Below the pieces are notes generated by a model that worked only from the letters and a program-made list of their open reading frames with translations, made no database searches and was not told the DNA's origin. Below, piece after piece: positions 1 to 9,869 of a stretch of 64,000 nt of DNA. Numbering within the stretch: the first letter of the stretch is position 1; every line of letters starts with the position of its first letter. The translations under genes and the position numbers were made by a program. The DNA is from a virus (Duplodnaviria; Caudoviricetes), in IMG/VR virus record IMGVR_UViG_3300032007_000014. The stretch is one strand, 5' to 3'.

Positions 1-488
1 TCCACTCCGAAAGACACGTCGTGATCCTTGAAATATCGACACGCGCGATCGACGAAACGTCTCACTTGTTCCGCCGGAGATCTGAACGGGAACACGTATG
101 CACGGATGATTGGCTTTCCGTTCAGCATGTATCCACGCGAGAACGTGTATTTCCCGGAACTCCACACACGTCCTTCAATGAGTTGTTTGATCATGGGAGT
201 GTGACCGTTCTTCTGCATGTTGATATATTTGAGTGCAAGACCGATCCCACGATCCTGATCGTATGAATCCCTGGCGATGCACCAAGATCCATCCACATAG
301 ATCTGCCCATCCTCACCGAGAGTCGCAACCATGTATCCAACACGGTGCCAACTGCAAGTTGAGAATTCGCGAGATCCACCAGTTGCGTAAACGCGACTCA
401 CCTTGTGGATGAACCCGATGAGACCCTCATCCTCCACCACATTGGCGAAGATGGGTGACCCAATGAAGGGTCGTTTGACTTCTTTCAT
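1..488 (-). CDS. hypothetical early protein (runs off the window edge)
   Basis: ATG at 488 with GGAGG RBS; frame open to the window edge (MKEVKRPFIGSPIFANVV...); ATATATTAC motif at 528-536 upstream. Confidence 0.8.
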   Translation of the reverse strand, partial: MKEVKRPFIGSPIFANVVEDEGLIGFIHKVSRVYATGGSREFSTCSWHRVGYMVATLGEDGQIYVDGSWCIARDSYDQDRGIGLALKYINMQKNGHTPMIKQLIEGRVWSSGKYTFSRGYMLNGKPIIRAYVFPFRSPAEQVRRFVDRACRYFKDHDVSFGV

Positions 489-527
489 TTCGATATCCTC
501 CTGTTAGTTGACTGGGTTATCAACTAA

Positions 528-536
528 GTAATATAT
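528..536 (-). promoter_or_regulatory. phiKZ-type early promoter core ATATATTAC
   Basis: One of 12 identical minus-strand copies; about 40 nt upstream of the ORF starting at 488. Confidence 0.75.
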
Positions 537-545
537 TGTCACTGA

Positions 546-1244
546 TCACTTGAACTTTGGAGGATCTGTTTTGTTGAACAGAGCCATGAATTGACCACCA
601 AGAAGATTACCGACAATCACAAGGAACAAGAAGAAATACTTGTGACATTGGTGATCTCCGAATGTGCTCATGTCGATATAGAATGCGTCTGCAATGGAGT
701 GCTCGAATCCACAAAGGATAAACGATGCTACACACATAATTGTGACAAGCCATCCACACACCTTGCTTTTCTTGTATCCATCGACAGCAATGTACATCAA
801 GATACCGCACATGAATCCAAGTGCAATGTTTTTGAATATGTAGCTAGTCTGAAATACCTCAAGCAAACGAGCACCTCTTGATAAGAGTAGTTCATCTGCT
901 TTAATAGTAAGTTCAGGGTTTGCGATACGAAGAACCCATCCCATTAATTGACATCCTGCGAGATTACCAATCAATGTGATGAACAGTGTTCGTTTTGAAG
1001 GAGTATAGTCTGTTACTCCAAGCAATGACATGAGCATGATTTCTGATGATCTTGTTGGACTGCTGAACCATCTGACATGTCCTGTCAATCCAGTGAACAA
1101 CAGTTTCTCAAAGATGAGAATGGAGAGAAGTCCAAGACTGAACACAAATGCTCCGAGTGTCTTGTCAGGGATGGAGAGATATGCTGCTCCACCTAGCGAG
1201 ATCATGATACCACCAGCAATTGACTTACGTAACATATCACACAT
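546..1244 (-). CDS. formate/nitrite transporter (FNT) family channel
   Basis: About six hydrophobic helices with FNT motifs LFTG, GNLAG, CGILMYIAV, FILCGFEHSIAD, GNLLGG. Confidence 0.85.
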   Translation of the reverse strand: MCDMLRKSIAGGIMISLGGAAYLSIPDKTLGAFVFSLGLLSILIFEKLLFTGLTGHVRWFSSPTRSSEIMLMSLLGVTDYTPSKRTLFITLIGNLAGCQLMGWVLRIANPELTIKADELLLSRGARLLEVFQTSYIFKNIALGFMCGILMYIAVDGYKKSKVCGWLVTIMCVASFILCGFEHSIADAFYIDMSTFGDHQCHKYFFLFLVIVGNLLGGQFMALFNKTDPPKFK

Positions 1245-1311
1245 AAGTGACTTCCTTTTTGTTTAAGGTTGATTTGGCTATATTGTATTATAAGTGTGTA
1301 AAATGATATTT

Positions 1312-1322
1312 GCCATTTTATG
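1312..1322 (+). promoter_or_regulatory. putative late promoter motif GCCATTTTATG
   Basis: Identical 11-mer at 59088; near-identical at 50432 and 35758 (minus); each upstream of a gene start. Confidence 0.5.
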
Positions 1323-1369
1323 AACATTCACTCTCTTAAAACAAACAATTTACCTTGAGGAATCCATAA

Positions 1370-3358
1370 ATGAACGAGATTATCATGGGAACTGGTATGG
1401 AACCTCTCATCATTGAAGTAGGAGATTACCTAGCTTCATCTGAAGGATGGTTTGACCAGATCAATGACAAAGGAAAGTATGTAACCATAAGTGGTTTCCC
1501 TGCAATTTGGTTGCAGAGGAAACTCAAAAGAGAATATGGTACATCCAAGATTCAGAACTTCTTTGAAGTGGTCGGTATCAGGTGGTTTGGAAAGTCCACG
1601 ATTCAAGTTCACAAGTTCTTCCTTCCTGAACTGATCTATCTTCTTGCAAAATTTAGATCTCCTCTTGCTCTCAGAAATGAGATCATTAACAATACATGGA
1701 TCAGATCCATGTATGAAGACACCAAGAGTACAGAGATTGATTTCAAACGAATCGATAAAGACATGAATGTGAGATTACTTCCATTCCAAAGATCTTTCAT
1801 CGAGGAATATGGAATCAAGAAAACAAGATGTCATCTCAGAGGAATGATTCTTTCATTCGATTGCGGTCTTGGTAAAACCATTACATCTCTTTCTCTCATG
1901 AAAGCACTTGGATGTGACAAGGTTGTTATCTTTGCACCAAAGTCCACACTCTTCAACGTGTGGGTTGATCATCTCAACAGGTTCTTCAAGAAAGTTCCGA
2001 AGTATTGGGTTGTCAATCAAGATCACGATCCAAAAGATGCAGAATACTACATCTGCAACTATGAAAGCATGGACAAGATTTATGACATCGTCAACCACAT
2101 CAAGAAGGGATCAAAAGTTGGTATCATCACCGATGAAAGTCACAACTTCTTGAGACTTGGAAGTAAGAGAACTCAGAATTTGATTTCTCTTCGTGATGAT
2201 CTGGATTGTCACGATTGTCTACTTCAAAGCGGCACACCTGTCAAGGCGCTAGGCGTCGAGATCATGCCACTTCTTCGAGTCATTGATGGTTTCTTTGATG
2301 AGGAAGCACAAGTGACTTTTGCCAAAGCATTTGGTGTGAATACTTTGATCGCAACTGACATTCTCCATGCACGTATGGATATGATGATGGTTCGCAAGAC
2401 AAAGGAAGAGGTGATCACACTTCCTGAAAAACATGAGCAAGATCTTCTTGTGAAGATTCGTGGTGGTGAGAGATACACCATCACCAATGTGAAGAAACTT
2501 CTCAAAGTGTATGGTGCGGAACGTTCAGATTTCCACAACAAACACATGAAAGAATATCAGGAAGAGTGGAACACTTGTATCTCGTTCCTTGCAGGACACA
2601 AGACCATTGGTCCTTCCAATGAATTCCGGAGATATCTTGATACTGTGAACTATCTGATCAAACATGGCTACAACAGATATGATCCTCGTCTTGTTGAGGA
2701 TGTTGTCTGGATGAACAAGTATGAGAAAGATGTTCTCATGCCAGCCATGTCAGCAGACATGAAGAAGATGTTCAAGCATTGCAAATCAGCAATCAAGTAT
2801 CTTGACATGAAGATTCAAGGAGAAATCCTTGGATATCTCGGACATCTTCGTGGAGAGATGACAAGCGCATTGCTGGATGCAATCGATCTTGAAGAACTTA
2901 TCAACAGTGCCATCAAGAAAACAATCCTCTTCACGTCATTTGTTGATACGGTGGAGACTGCTGCTGAGAAACTGAAATCTCTTGGATTCAAGCCGTGTCT
3001 CGTATATGGTGAGACATCCAAAGAGGTTCCTCAGTTACTCAAGCAATTCAGAGAGGACAAATCAATCAATCCTCTTGTCGCAACCATGCAAACACTGGCA
3101 ACTGGCGTAACGCTTGTCGAAGCCAATCAAGTCATCTTCATCAACAGACCTTGGCGAGATGCGGACTACAAGCAAAGTTCGGACCGTGTCTGGCGCATAG
3201 GCCAAGATACCGAATGTTACATCTACACACTCACACTTGACACTGGAGAAGAGCCCAACTTGTCCACATCCATGAAAGACATCCTCGACTGGTCGAAGGA
3301 AATGTCTGAAGCAATCGTGGATGGAACACGTGGTTTTGCTTTCAGTGATTTCATGTGA
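1370..3358 (+). CDS. SNF2-family (SF2) helicase/ATPase
   Basis: Walker A DCGLGKT, DESH box, SGTP motif III, C-terminal QSSDRVWRIGQ motif VI. Confidence 0.9.
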   Translation: MNEIIMGTGMEPLIIEVGDYLASSEGWFDQINDKGKYVTISGFPAIWLQRKLKREYGTSKIQNFFEVVGIRWFGKSTIQVHKFFLPELIYLLAKFRSPLALRNEIINNTWIRSMYEDTKSTEIDFKRIDKDMNVRLLPFQRSFIEEYGIKKTRCHLRGMILSFDCGLGKTITSLSLMKALGCDKVVIFAPKSTLFNVWVDHLNRFFKKVPKYWVVNQDHDPKDAEYYICNYESMDKIYDIVNHIKKGSKVGIITDESHNFLRLGSKRTQNLISLRDDLDCHDCLLQSGTPVKALGVEIMPLLRVIDGFFDEEAQVTFAKAFGVNTLIATDILHARMDMMMVRKTKEEVITLPEKHEQDLLVKIRGGERYTITNVKKLLKVYGAERSDFHNKHMKEYQEEWNTCISFLAGHKTIGPSNEFRRYLDTVNYLIKHGYNRYDPRLVEDVVWMNKYEKDVLMPAMSADMKKMFKHCKSAIKYLDMKIQGEILGYLGHLRGEMTSALLDAIDLEELINSAIKKTILFTSFVDTVETAAEKLKSLGFKPCLVYGETSKEVPQLLKQFREDKSINPLVATMQTLATGVTLVEANQVIFINRPWRDADYKQSSDRVWRIGQDTECYIYTLTLDTGEEPNLSTSMKDILDWSKEMSEAIVDGTRGFAFSDFM

Positions 3359-3367
3359 CAATAACAA

Positions 3368-3402
3368 CACTAGAGCACACCTCAATGAGGTGTGCTCTAG
3401 TG
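3368..3402. terminator. bidirectional terminator-like inverted repeat
   Basis: CACTAGAGCACACCTCA-A-TGAGGTGTGCTCTAGTG, 17-bp arms, between convergent genes. Confidence 0.75.
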
Positions 3403-3411
3403 CCTATTTGT

Positions 3412-4848
3412 TTACCAATCAATTGTGCAGTTATACTCTTCAAGAAGGAACTTCTTAAGAGTACTCGCACATCTGTTGATATTGATGTAGAAGGTCTGTT
3501 TGATCACACCCATCCGATTGGCAAGATATGTCTGTGACAGTCCATTGTCGATCAAGAACTTCTTGAATTCAACGGGATTGTGGAATGTCTTTCCATTCAA
3601 TACCTTATAATCATCAGGGTTGTCTGACTTGAGAGGATAATTCGGTGACTGTGCGCTTAGCACATCCTTACCAAGAGCTCTGTTGATCTTCATGATCGTG
3701 TCAATCCTTGGCATCTTGTTCCGATAAATGAAGTTCCTGAAAACTCCATTGAATCTGACAAGAGCAGAACCGTATCCATGCTTGATGACGAATTCACGTA
3801 TCTTGTCAATATCCTTCTCGCACTTCTCGAACATCGCAATGATCTGTTCTGCAGTGAATTCCAACTGCGTTCTTCCACTGGATGTGTCATCTTTCTTTTC
3901 AGAAACCTTACAGTTGACCACATCACATCCGCAGAACTCATTGACTCTTATGACAAAGAGATTTGTGAGTTTCTTGTACCTCTTGATGGCGCTAGCACAT
4001 CTCCCATCGTGACCCAATATATCAGCAAACATCTGAGAAAGCGGAAGCTTGTACTTGTCAAGTATTGACATCACTTTCTCATATGTGTCGACAGGAGCAC
4101 TGTTGATGAAATCCTGCTTGAGTGCATCGAGCATACTTTGTGTAAGTTCGATGTACTGTGAAGGAATCACTTTCTCCTTAACAGGTTCCTCAACAACTGG
4201 TTTCTCTTCAGGAGTAGGAGGTGTCTGTTGTTCTTGCGGTTCTTCCTTTGCAAATTCCTTGCGAAGAACAGAACGTTCCTTCATCTCTTTTGCAAAGTGA
4301 ATCCAGTGCCAATCTGCATCCACATTCTGAAAGTTCCTCTGGAACTGTGTTCTCAGATACGGGTAGATCTCTGAATCTGAACTTGTCAGTAACTTCTGAC
4401 AATCCTTGATGTTCAGTCTCATGGACCAAACAATGCTCTCAAACGGAACACCCGCATCAACAAGACATCCGCACTGATCTTTGATCGGTGCTCTCATCTT
4501 ACCTGCTTCAACGAGGATACGAGAGCATTCTTTCAAGAACTCGAATTTGCTTCTGGTGTAACGGAACGCTCCATTGAACGGAAGGATATAAGGATGGATA
4601 CGTCCATCGTTGTCGAACTCTTCTCCTTCATCATACACTTCGCCAGGATCAGGAACTTCTGTCTCATTGTTGTTCGAGACTTTGATTCGAAGTTGAAGAA
4701 CATCAATCTGTTCTTTCAGATCCTGTATCTTTTTGTCACGCACACCTATCTCATTTTCTATGAGATCCAGCACGTGCTTTGCTGATGATAGATGTTGTCC
4801 CAATGTTTGGACATACCTATCAGCATTGGTCAAATCATACTGTCCCAT
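3412..4848 (-). CDS. hypothetical protein with N-terminal coiled coil and C-terminal XRE-like HTH
   Basis: 478-aa ORF; C-terminus GLSQTYLANRMGVIKQTF is HTH-like. Confidence 0.7.
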   Translation of the reverse strand: MGQYDLTNADRYVQTLGQHLSSAKHVLDLIENEIGVRDKKIQDLKEQIDVLQLRIKVSNNNETEVPDPGEVYDEGEEFDNDGRIHPYILPFNGAFRYTRSKFEFLKECSRILVEAGKMRAPIKDQCGCLVDAGVPFESIVWSMRLNIKDCQKLLTSSDSEIYPYLRTQFQRNFQNVDADWHWIHFAKEMKERSVLRKEFAKEEPQEQQTPPTPEEKPVVEEPVKEKVIPSQYIELTQSMLDALKQDFINSAPVDTYEKVMSILDKYKLPLSQMFADILGHDGRCASAIKRYKKLTNLFVIRVNEFCGCDVVNCKVSEKKDDTSSGRTQLEFTAEQIIAMFEKCEKDIDKIREFVIKHGYGSALVRFNGVFRNFIYRNKMPRIDTIMKINRALGKDVLSAQSPNYPLKSDNPDDYKVLNGKTFHNPVEFKKFLIDNGLSQTYLANRMGVIKQTFYININRCASTLKKFLLEEYNCTIDW

Positions 4849-4880
4849 GGTTAACGCATCTCCAATTTAATGAATTTTAA

Positions 4881-4911
4881 GAAAAAAGAAAGGGTCCTCC
4901 GAAGAGGACCC
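4881..4911 (-). terminator. intrinsic terminator
   Basis: GGGUCCUC-UUCG-GAGGACCC followed by UUUCUUUUUUC on the minus strand. Confidence 0.85.
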
Positions 4912-5150
4912 GTGACAATCTCCACACTAGGCCAATGTGAAGATCATCTACTTGACAAATCTCTGCATATACATGTTCAGTTAATAAGATGCCAACTCAA
5001 GATGTCGGATGATCTATCAACTCTTCATGTAAAGGTGAGGAACTACGGGCATCCCACCAGTCCCAGATCATCAGTCCTATAATGAATCTGGAATACGCGA
5101 AAGCTTCATCAAGTGTTGTACTTTAGGAGGTACTGTTAGGACATCACGCG
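4881..5150 (-). ncRNA. candidate structured sRNA or leader RNA (~270 nt)
   Basis: Bounded by the early promoter at 5152 and the terminator at 4881-4911; no credible ORF; several stems (ACGCG/CGCGU, CCAGAU/AUCUGG, GAUCAUC/GAUGAUC). Confidence 0.5.
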
Positions 5151-5151
5151 T

Positions 5152-5160
5152 GTAATATAT
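5152..5160 (-). promoter_or_regulatory. early promoter core ATATATTAC
   Basis: Exact motif copy, intergenic. Confidence 0.7.
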
Positions 5161-5167
5161 ACACAAA

Positions 5168-5713
5168 TCACTCTTGAAAGCTGAATTCTGGCTGATACAG
5201 ATCAATGGTGAAATCAGTTGACATCTCTGTCAAGACTTCCTTGTCCTGATCATACTCGTACAGTTCAATTCCAGCTTCATGCAGCATGTTGACAGAAGAA
5301 CTGATCTTGTCACGCCATTCGTATTCAGATGCGACACGTCTGACAGCAAGATCTTGTTTCTTGAACACAATGACTTTGATACCGGAATTGATCAAGAGTT
5401 TCGCACATTCTGTACACGGTACAAGTGTGACGAACAGAATCAATCCATCACAAGCGACACCATACTTCGCACATTGTGCGATGCAGTTGGCCTCCGCATG
5501 CACAACATACATGAGTTTGGTGCTTCTGTCTTCATACCGTTCTTTGGAATCATCCACACCACGAGCAAATCCATTGTATCCAGTCGCCATAACTCGACGA
5601 TCTTTCACAAGGACAGCGCCCACTTTGGTGGAAGGATCTTTGGACTGCAAGGCTGTACGTTCAGCAATGTCCATGAAGTAATGGATCCATCGTTTACTGT
5701 ACATCGAAGTCAT
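5168..5713 (-). CDS. dCMP deaminase
   Basis: KVGAVLV, TGYNG, HAEANC and PCTEC zinc-binding motifs; exact start codon uncertain. Confidence 0.92.
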   Translation of the reverse strand: MTSMYSKRWIHYFMDIAERTALQSKDPSTKVGAVLVKDRRVMATGYNGFARGVDDSKERYEDRSTKLMYVVHAEANCIAQCAKYGVACDGLILFVTLVPCTECAKLLINSGIKVIVFKKQDLAVRRVASEYEWRDKISSSVNMLHEAGIELYEYDQDKEVLTEMSTDFTIDLYQPEFSFQE

Positions 5714-6017
5714 CCCTCCCTCCATAGGTGTTCATTCCTTCCACATATCGACGATTCCTGCGATGTTTTCGTCCCGCACGATGTCTTCTCTTTCTGGGAG
5801 CTTCATTGTTCTGAACACTCTGTTCTTGACTGCTTGCCGTCTTCGCGAGCTCAGCAAGCAGACCAATATCGCATTTGATACGTTCGGCAGCACCAGCGAT
5901 GCGATAAAGATCGTGCGCGATCAAACGAAGATAACACGCAAATGACCAAATGAAAACGATGCACGCAAGTGCGATGACGGCGAGACAAGAGACAACTGCA
6001 ATTTGAAACCAATCCAT
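5694..6017 (-). CDS. small membrane protein with Arg-rich C-terminus
   Basis: N-terminal TM helix; RKRRHRAGRKHRRNRR; GGAG RBS. Confidence 0.7.
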   Translation of the reverse strand: MDWFQIAVVSCLAVIALACIVFIWSFACYLRLIAHDLYRIAGAAERIKCDIGLLAELAKTASSQEQSVQNNEAPRKRRHRAGRKHRRNRRYVEGMNTYGGRDDFDVQ

Positions 6018-6577
6018 TATTCTTCTCCTTTGAGATTGAGGTTGAGTCCTTCTCCTTCAGCAGACATGTTTGAAGCATATGTTGCACGAACATGTTGGAT
6101 GTGCTCGCTGAAGTCGTGAATGAATTTTGTGACATGATCGTAATACGCTGGAAGTGACTTGCATTTGAGAGGATCTTCGATCACTTCTCCAGGATGATCT
6201 GCCTCGTACCAACGCATTGCTGTTTCGCAGATGATCATGTCAATGATGGCTTCCGGAAGTTCTTTGTTTCGACAGTACTTGTGGATGAAAGAAGCACCAA
6301 GAATGCATTCTTTCAAGGACTCAAGTTCTTCTTTGGAACGCTCGGATTTCACAACACCGAGCTTCTTTCCTTCTTCGAACCACGTCATCATCCAACTTGG
6401 AGCATTGTCTTCATCTTCAGTGACAACCCACTTTCCTTCTTTGAAAGTGTGCAGCACACCTGCGATAAATCCTTGTGTTCCTTCCTCAACCTCTCCGAGT
6501 TTCATGGCTTCTTCCATACTTGGGGCGGTGATAACTCGGACCCCTTCATCCGTCATAACGTCCAATACATCAGACAT
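6017..6577 (-). CDS. hypothetical protein
   Basis: 186 aa, AAGGAG RBS, overlaps both neighbours in an operon. Confidence 0.75.
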   Translation of the reverse strand: MSDVLDVMTDEGVRVITAPSMEEAMKLGEVEEGTQGFIAGVLHTFKEGKWVVTEDEDNAPSWMMTWFEEGKKLGVVKSERSKEELESLKECILGASFIHKYCRNKELPEAIIDMIICETAMRWYEADHPGEVIEDPLKCKSLPAYYDHVTKFIHDFSEHIQHVRATYASNMSAEGEGLNLNLKGEE

Positions 6578-7121
6578 TGAAATTCTCCTTCCTTAAATCG
6601 TAACCGATTCTTTCGGCGTCGATTACACTGTTGACTGTGAGTGAGAACAATGATGGAACCTTCTGACAGAACTCTTTGTCAAATGCAGAAAACACCACAC
6701 GTACCACAGGACGTATGACTGTTATCTTACGAGTCGATGTGTTCCACTTTTGTGAATAGTACTCCACAAGAACTCCGCCGTAGATCGGCAGTCGTATCTT
6801 GTAGATGGCTCTAGGAAGACCTAACCTATCTTTCGACGTATCGACTGTCTTGATGGATCCACCACAGATGGATGTATTCCCGAGTCTTATCCTATCTCCA
6901 ACCATGGAGTAAAGATGGTTCTCAAGAACAAACCCAAATTGTGTGGCTTTATTTTCATAGTCGAACACATAGGCGTAATCTTTCGAGCACTCTGTTTGTT
7001 CTCCGAAATACCGGCAGGCTTCTTGAACGATGTCCGCCAGGCGTGCATGAATTTTGTCTTCTACGATAGTTCTCTCCGATTGTTTGGCCTTTCTCGAGAA
7101 TGGCCACCGCCACCCTAACAT
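6570..7121 (-). CDS. hypothetical protein
   Basis: 183 aa, AGGAGG RBS. Confidence 0.75.
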   Translation of the reverse strand: MLGWRWPFSRKAKQSERTIVEDKIHARLADIVQEACRYFGEQTECSKDYAYVFDYENKATQFGFVLENHLYSMVGDRIRLGNTSICGGSIKTVDTSKDRLGLPRAIYKIRLPIYGGVLVEYYSQKWNTSTRKITVIRPVVRVVFSAFDKEFCQKVPSLFSLTVNSVIDAERIGYDLRKENFNV

Positions 7122-7167
7122 TGTCGTAACCTCCTAAATTTTAAATTGTGAGATGGCCTAGATGATA

Positions 7168-7197
7168 GATCTCCCTGCTTAACCTAGCAGGGAGATC
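7168..7197. terminator. inverted repeat downstream of gyrA-like gene
   Basis: GATCTCCCTGCT-N6-AGCAGGGAGATC. Confidence 0.6.
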
Positions 7198-7207
7198 CGG
7201 TTGAATG

Positions 7208-9481
7208 TTATTTCACAAGTTTGTAGATGCATCCACGTTTGGAGTAAAGCTGAAGACTTCCCTCATTCTTTCCAACAACCTTGCGATTGAGTTGAATGAT
7301 CACAGTACTATCAGGTTTCACCCATTTCGCGATGTTATCCACATACAGGTGTTTGATCGGACATCTGCTCCTGAATTCCTGAGGAACAGAAATCATGAAC
7401 GGACTGTCTACAAGATAAACTCCGAGAACTTTCCAGTTCCCAACAACAATCTTGGACAATCTACCAGAACCACTTCGTCTGTCAATTCTGACAACATTGG
7501 GTTCTTTGTCGTTCACATGTACGATCACAACATCCTGCATTGGATACTGCGACACAAACGAAACATCACGAAGAGATCCATCGACTGCGGTAGATTTCTT
7601 CGATTTTGCTTTTGCATCAATGTTGAGAAGATATCCTGTCTTTGTTACTCCAATGAAAGAATCACCAACAGGAACACATTTGTCATATCCGTTGACAGAA
7701 CCTACAATTCCCGAAAGAACGCAGATTCCTTTCTTGGACACAGCAACCGTATGCGTTGGTTTCTTGACAAGATACACTCCTGTTGACTTGAACTGCTTGG
7801 GGAGATCCCACACATCACTGTCAACCTTTCCACCCATTTGCAGAAGATGTCCACTTCCTTGGTAGAGATGGAATTCCAACTGCTCTGGATCGAAATGACA
7901 AGTTGGATCGTGTGTAAGAGCATCGAACTCGTCTATTGATTCGATCTGGATAAATCCAGTATCCTTATAACACGCGTATCCCTTATAACTGGGGATCTGT
8001 GTCTTGCGAGGATATTTCATCGAATACTTTTCATCGATCTTCTTCACAGCAGAGATAATCACATCAGGAACATGAGTGAATGTCTGCTGAAGATCGTTGA
8101 TGGATTTCTTGACCTTCTCAATGTCATCAAGAAGATCGGCTCTACCACGTGCCGTCATCTGAGCAAGTGTAAGACCTGCGATGAACTTGGCTTGGAAAGA
8201 GGTGAGTTTGAATCTCTTACAAAGAATCGGAACAGTCTGTTCTTTGGTCTCGGCATTCTTGAAGATCTTGTACACCTCATCAGCATGATCCGCAATGATT
8301 ACAAGTGCCGTCAATTCACGGAATCTTGCAATGAGTTTGTTCAATCTCTGTTTGAGTTCACCGAGAACAGAACGATGTCTCGCGATGTACCAAGCATCCA
8401 ACAATGTGAATGGAGTGTGCTCTTCCTTTTCTCCTTTTTCATTGACATAGAGACGAGATGGTTTCCATGCCATCGTGAACTGACAACGTTTCTTCAGTTC
8501 ATCAAGAAGATCGAAGGGATTCTCTCCACGTCTCACTTTGCAGACGTACTGACCACGCATGATACCTTGTTTCTTACCAGCATGGTCATCCAATTCCTGG
8601 AAGTGCTGATTGATCCAACTGTCTTTCACACGTGTTTGCATACCAGCATCCAACATAACTGGTCCGAAACTCTTCTTGTAAGGAATAGTCTCAAATACAA
8701 TGCGATCTGTTCCGATCTTCAGAACTCCATCTGTTGCGATCGGACAATCGAACACACCTGCTTTATAAGCAGAGATCAATTCGTCTCGATTACGGAGGAG
8801 TCCATATGTTGGAAAGTCAGGAATGAGATATTTTGCAAGACTGGACTGAAGTTTCTTCTCCCATTCAGGATCTGATGTTCTCAACTTCACGTATTCAATG
8901 GTCAACTGACACAGTTCATGAATGCACATCATGGGTGTGTCGGTCTTGAATCCAATTGCGATACCGAATGATCCAATCAAGAGTGTCGTTGGAATCACAG
9001 GTATGAAATTCTCAGGTTCCATACCTTCTTCAGATTCACACGGAACATATGTGAATGTGGATTCTGCAACATCCTTGAAGAAGATATCATTCGCTGCTTC
9101 GGATTCAGACACGTCCACGTACCTTGCAGCAGCGGCTGGTTCTCCAGAATACATACCGATATTGGAGTCTGAGAATACCAAAGGTATGATGTTGGAGAAT
9201 GGTTGTGCAAGATTGGATATCGTGTCATTGATGGAGTTGTCACCATGAGGATGCATCTTCATAACGATACCTGTAAGAGATGCTTCCTTCTGAGTCTTCG
9301 GATGTTCATGAAGTGCCCAGAGAATACGTCGATGAATCATCTTCAATCCATCGATATTATTCGGAAACTTCGATTTGTGAGTATCATTGCCGAAGATCCG
9401 AATATTGTCTTCAATGGCATTGTCTGCAGTCATCTCTGATTTATAATCAGTTGCTGCGAGATGTTCTTTGTCATCAGCCAT
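7208..9481 (-). CDS. gyrA: type IIA DNA topoisomerase/gyrase subunit A
   Basis: DGLKMIHRRIL, HPHGD, AAARY catalytic tyrosine, GIAIG motifs. Confidence 0.9.
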   Translation of the reverse strand: MADDKEHLAATDYKSEMTADNAIEDNIRIFGNDTHKSKFPNNIDGLKMIHRRILWALHEHPKTQKEASLTGIVMKMHPHGDNSINDTISNLAQPFSNIIPLVFSDSNIGMYSGEPAAAARYVDVSESEAANDIFFKDVAESTFTYVPCESEEGMEPENFIPVIPTTLLIGSFGIAIGFKTDTPMMCIHELCQLTIEYVKLRTSDPEWEKKLQSSLAKYLIPDFPTYGLLRNRDELISAYKAGVFDCPIATDGVLKIGTDRIVFETIPYKKSFGPVMLDAGMQTRVKDSWINQHFQELDDHAGKKQGIMRGQYVCKVRRGENPFDLLDELKKRCQFTMAWKPSRLYVNEKGEKEEHTPFTLLDAWYIARHRSVLGELKQRLNKLIARFRELTALVIIADHADEVYKIFKNAETKEQTVPILCKRFKLTSFQAKFIAGLTLAQMTARGRADLLDDIEKVKKSINDLQQTFTHVPDVIISAVKKIDEKYSMKYPRKTQIPSYKGYACYKDTGFIQIESIDEFDALTHDPTCHFDPEQLEFHLYQGSGHLLQMGGKVDSDVWDLPKQFKSTGVYLVKKPTHTVAVSKKGICVLSGIVGSVNGYDKCVPVGDSFIGVTKTGYLLNIDAKAKSKKSTAVDGSLRDVSFVSQYPMQDVVIVHVNDKEPNVVRIDRRSGSGRLSKIVVGNWKVLGVYLVDSPFMISVPQEFRSRCPIKHLYVDNIAKWVKPDSTVIIQLNRKVVGKNEGSLQLYSKRGCIYKLVK

Positions 9482-9576
9482 AATTTTCTCCTTGTATGAA
9501 TTTTTAAGTTACACATAAAGTGTTAAATTATTGTAATGTAATACAGATACATCACAATAACACGGATAACATTAGT

Positions 9577-9585
9577 GTAATATAT
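9577..9585 (-). promoter_or_regulatory. early promoter core ATATATTAC upstream of gyrA
   Basis: Exact motif about 95 nt upstream of the start. Confidence 0.7.
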
Positions 9586-9611
9586 TCACATTGTGTGAAT
9601 GAACAAAAAAA

Positions 9612-9635
9612 TGAGGGACCACGGTGGGTCCCTCA
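9612..9635 (-). terminator. intrinsic terminator
   Basis: TGAGGGACC-N6-GGTCCCTCA with a minus-strand U-tract. Confidence 0.8.
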
Positions 9636-9644
9636 CTACGCGGA

Positions 9645-9767
9645 TTACTCCGCTGTCGTTGAATTGGCTTCGCGAATCGAATCGCGAACCAGATTCATTC
9701 CCCATCCGACTCCGATGAAGACGGCGGAGAACACGACACACTTCACGACAAATTTTACTGCATTCAT
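9645..9767 (-). CDS. 40-aa single-TM peptide
   Basis: MNAVKFVVKCVVFSAVFIGVGWGMNLVRDSIREANSTTAE; GGAGG RBS; ATGA overlap with the upstream small ORF. Confidence 0.65.
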   Translation of the reverse strand: MNAVKFVVKCVVFSAVFIGVGWGMNLVRDSIREANSTTAE

Positions 9768-9868
9768 TTGTCTTTCCTCCGTAAGTGTTTGATGACTTCG
9801 AAAACCATCGCGATGATAAAGATCACCACCACGATGGCTTTCCCAACGATGATCGGAAACGTCCACAT
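9764..9868 (-). CDS. 34-aa single-TM peptide (absent from the ORF track)
   Basis: MWTFPIIVGKAIVVVIFIIAMVFEVIKHLRRKDK; starts 1 nt after the upstream stop; its stop overlaps the next ATG. Confidence 0.6.
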   Translation of the reverse strand: MWTFPIIVGKAIVVVIFIIAMVFEVIKHLRRKDK

Positions 9869-9869
9869 C

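Noticed and set aside
5060-5110. CUGAUGA hammerhead ribozyme core on the minus strand
   Set aside because: No correctly placed GAAA or stem II/III downstream
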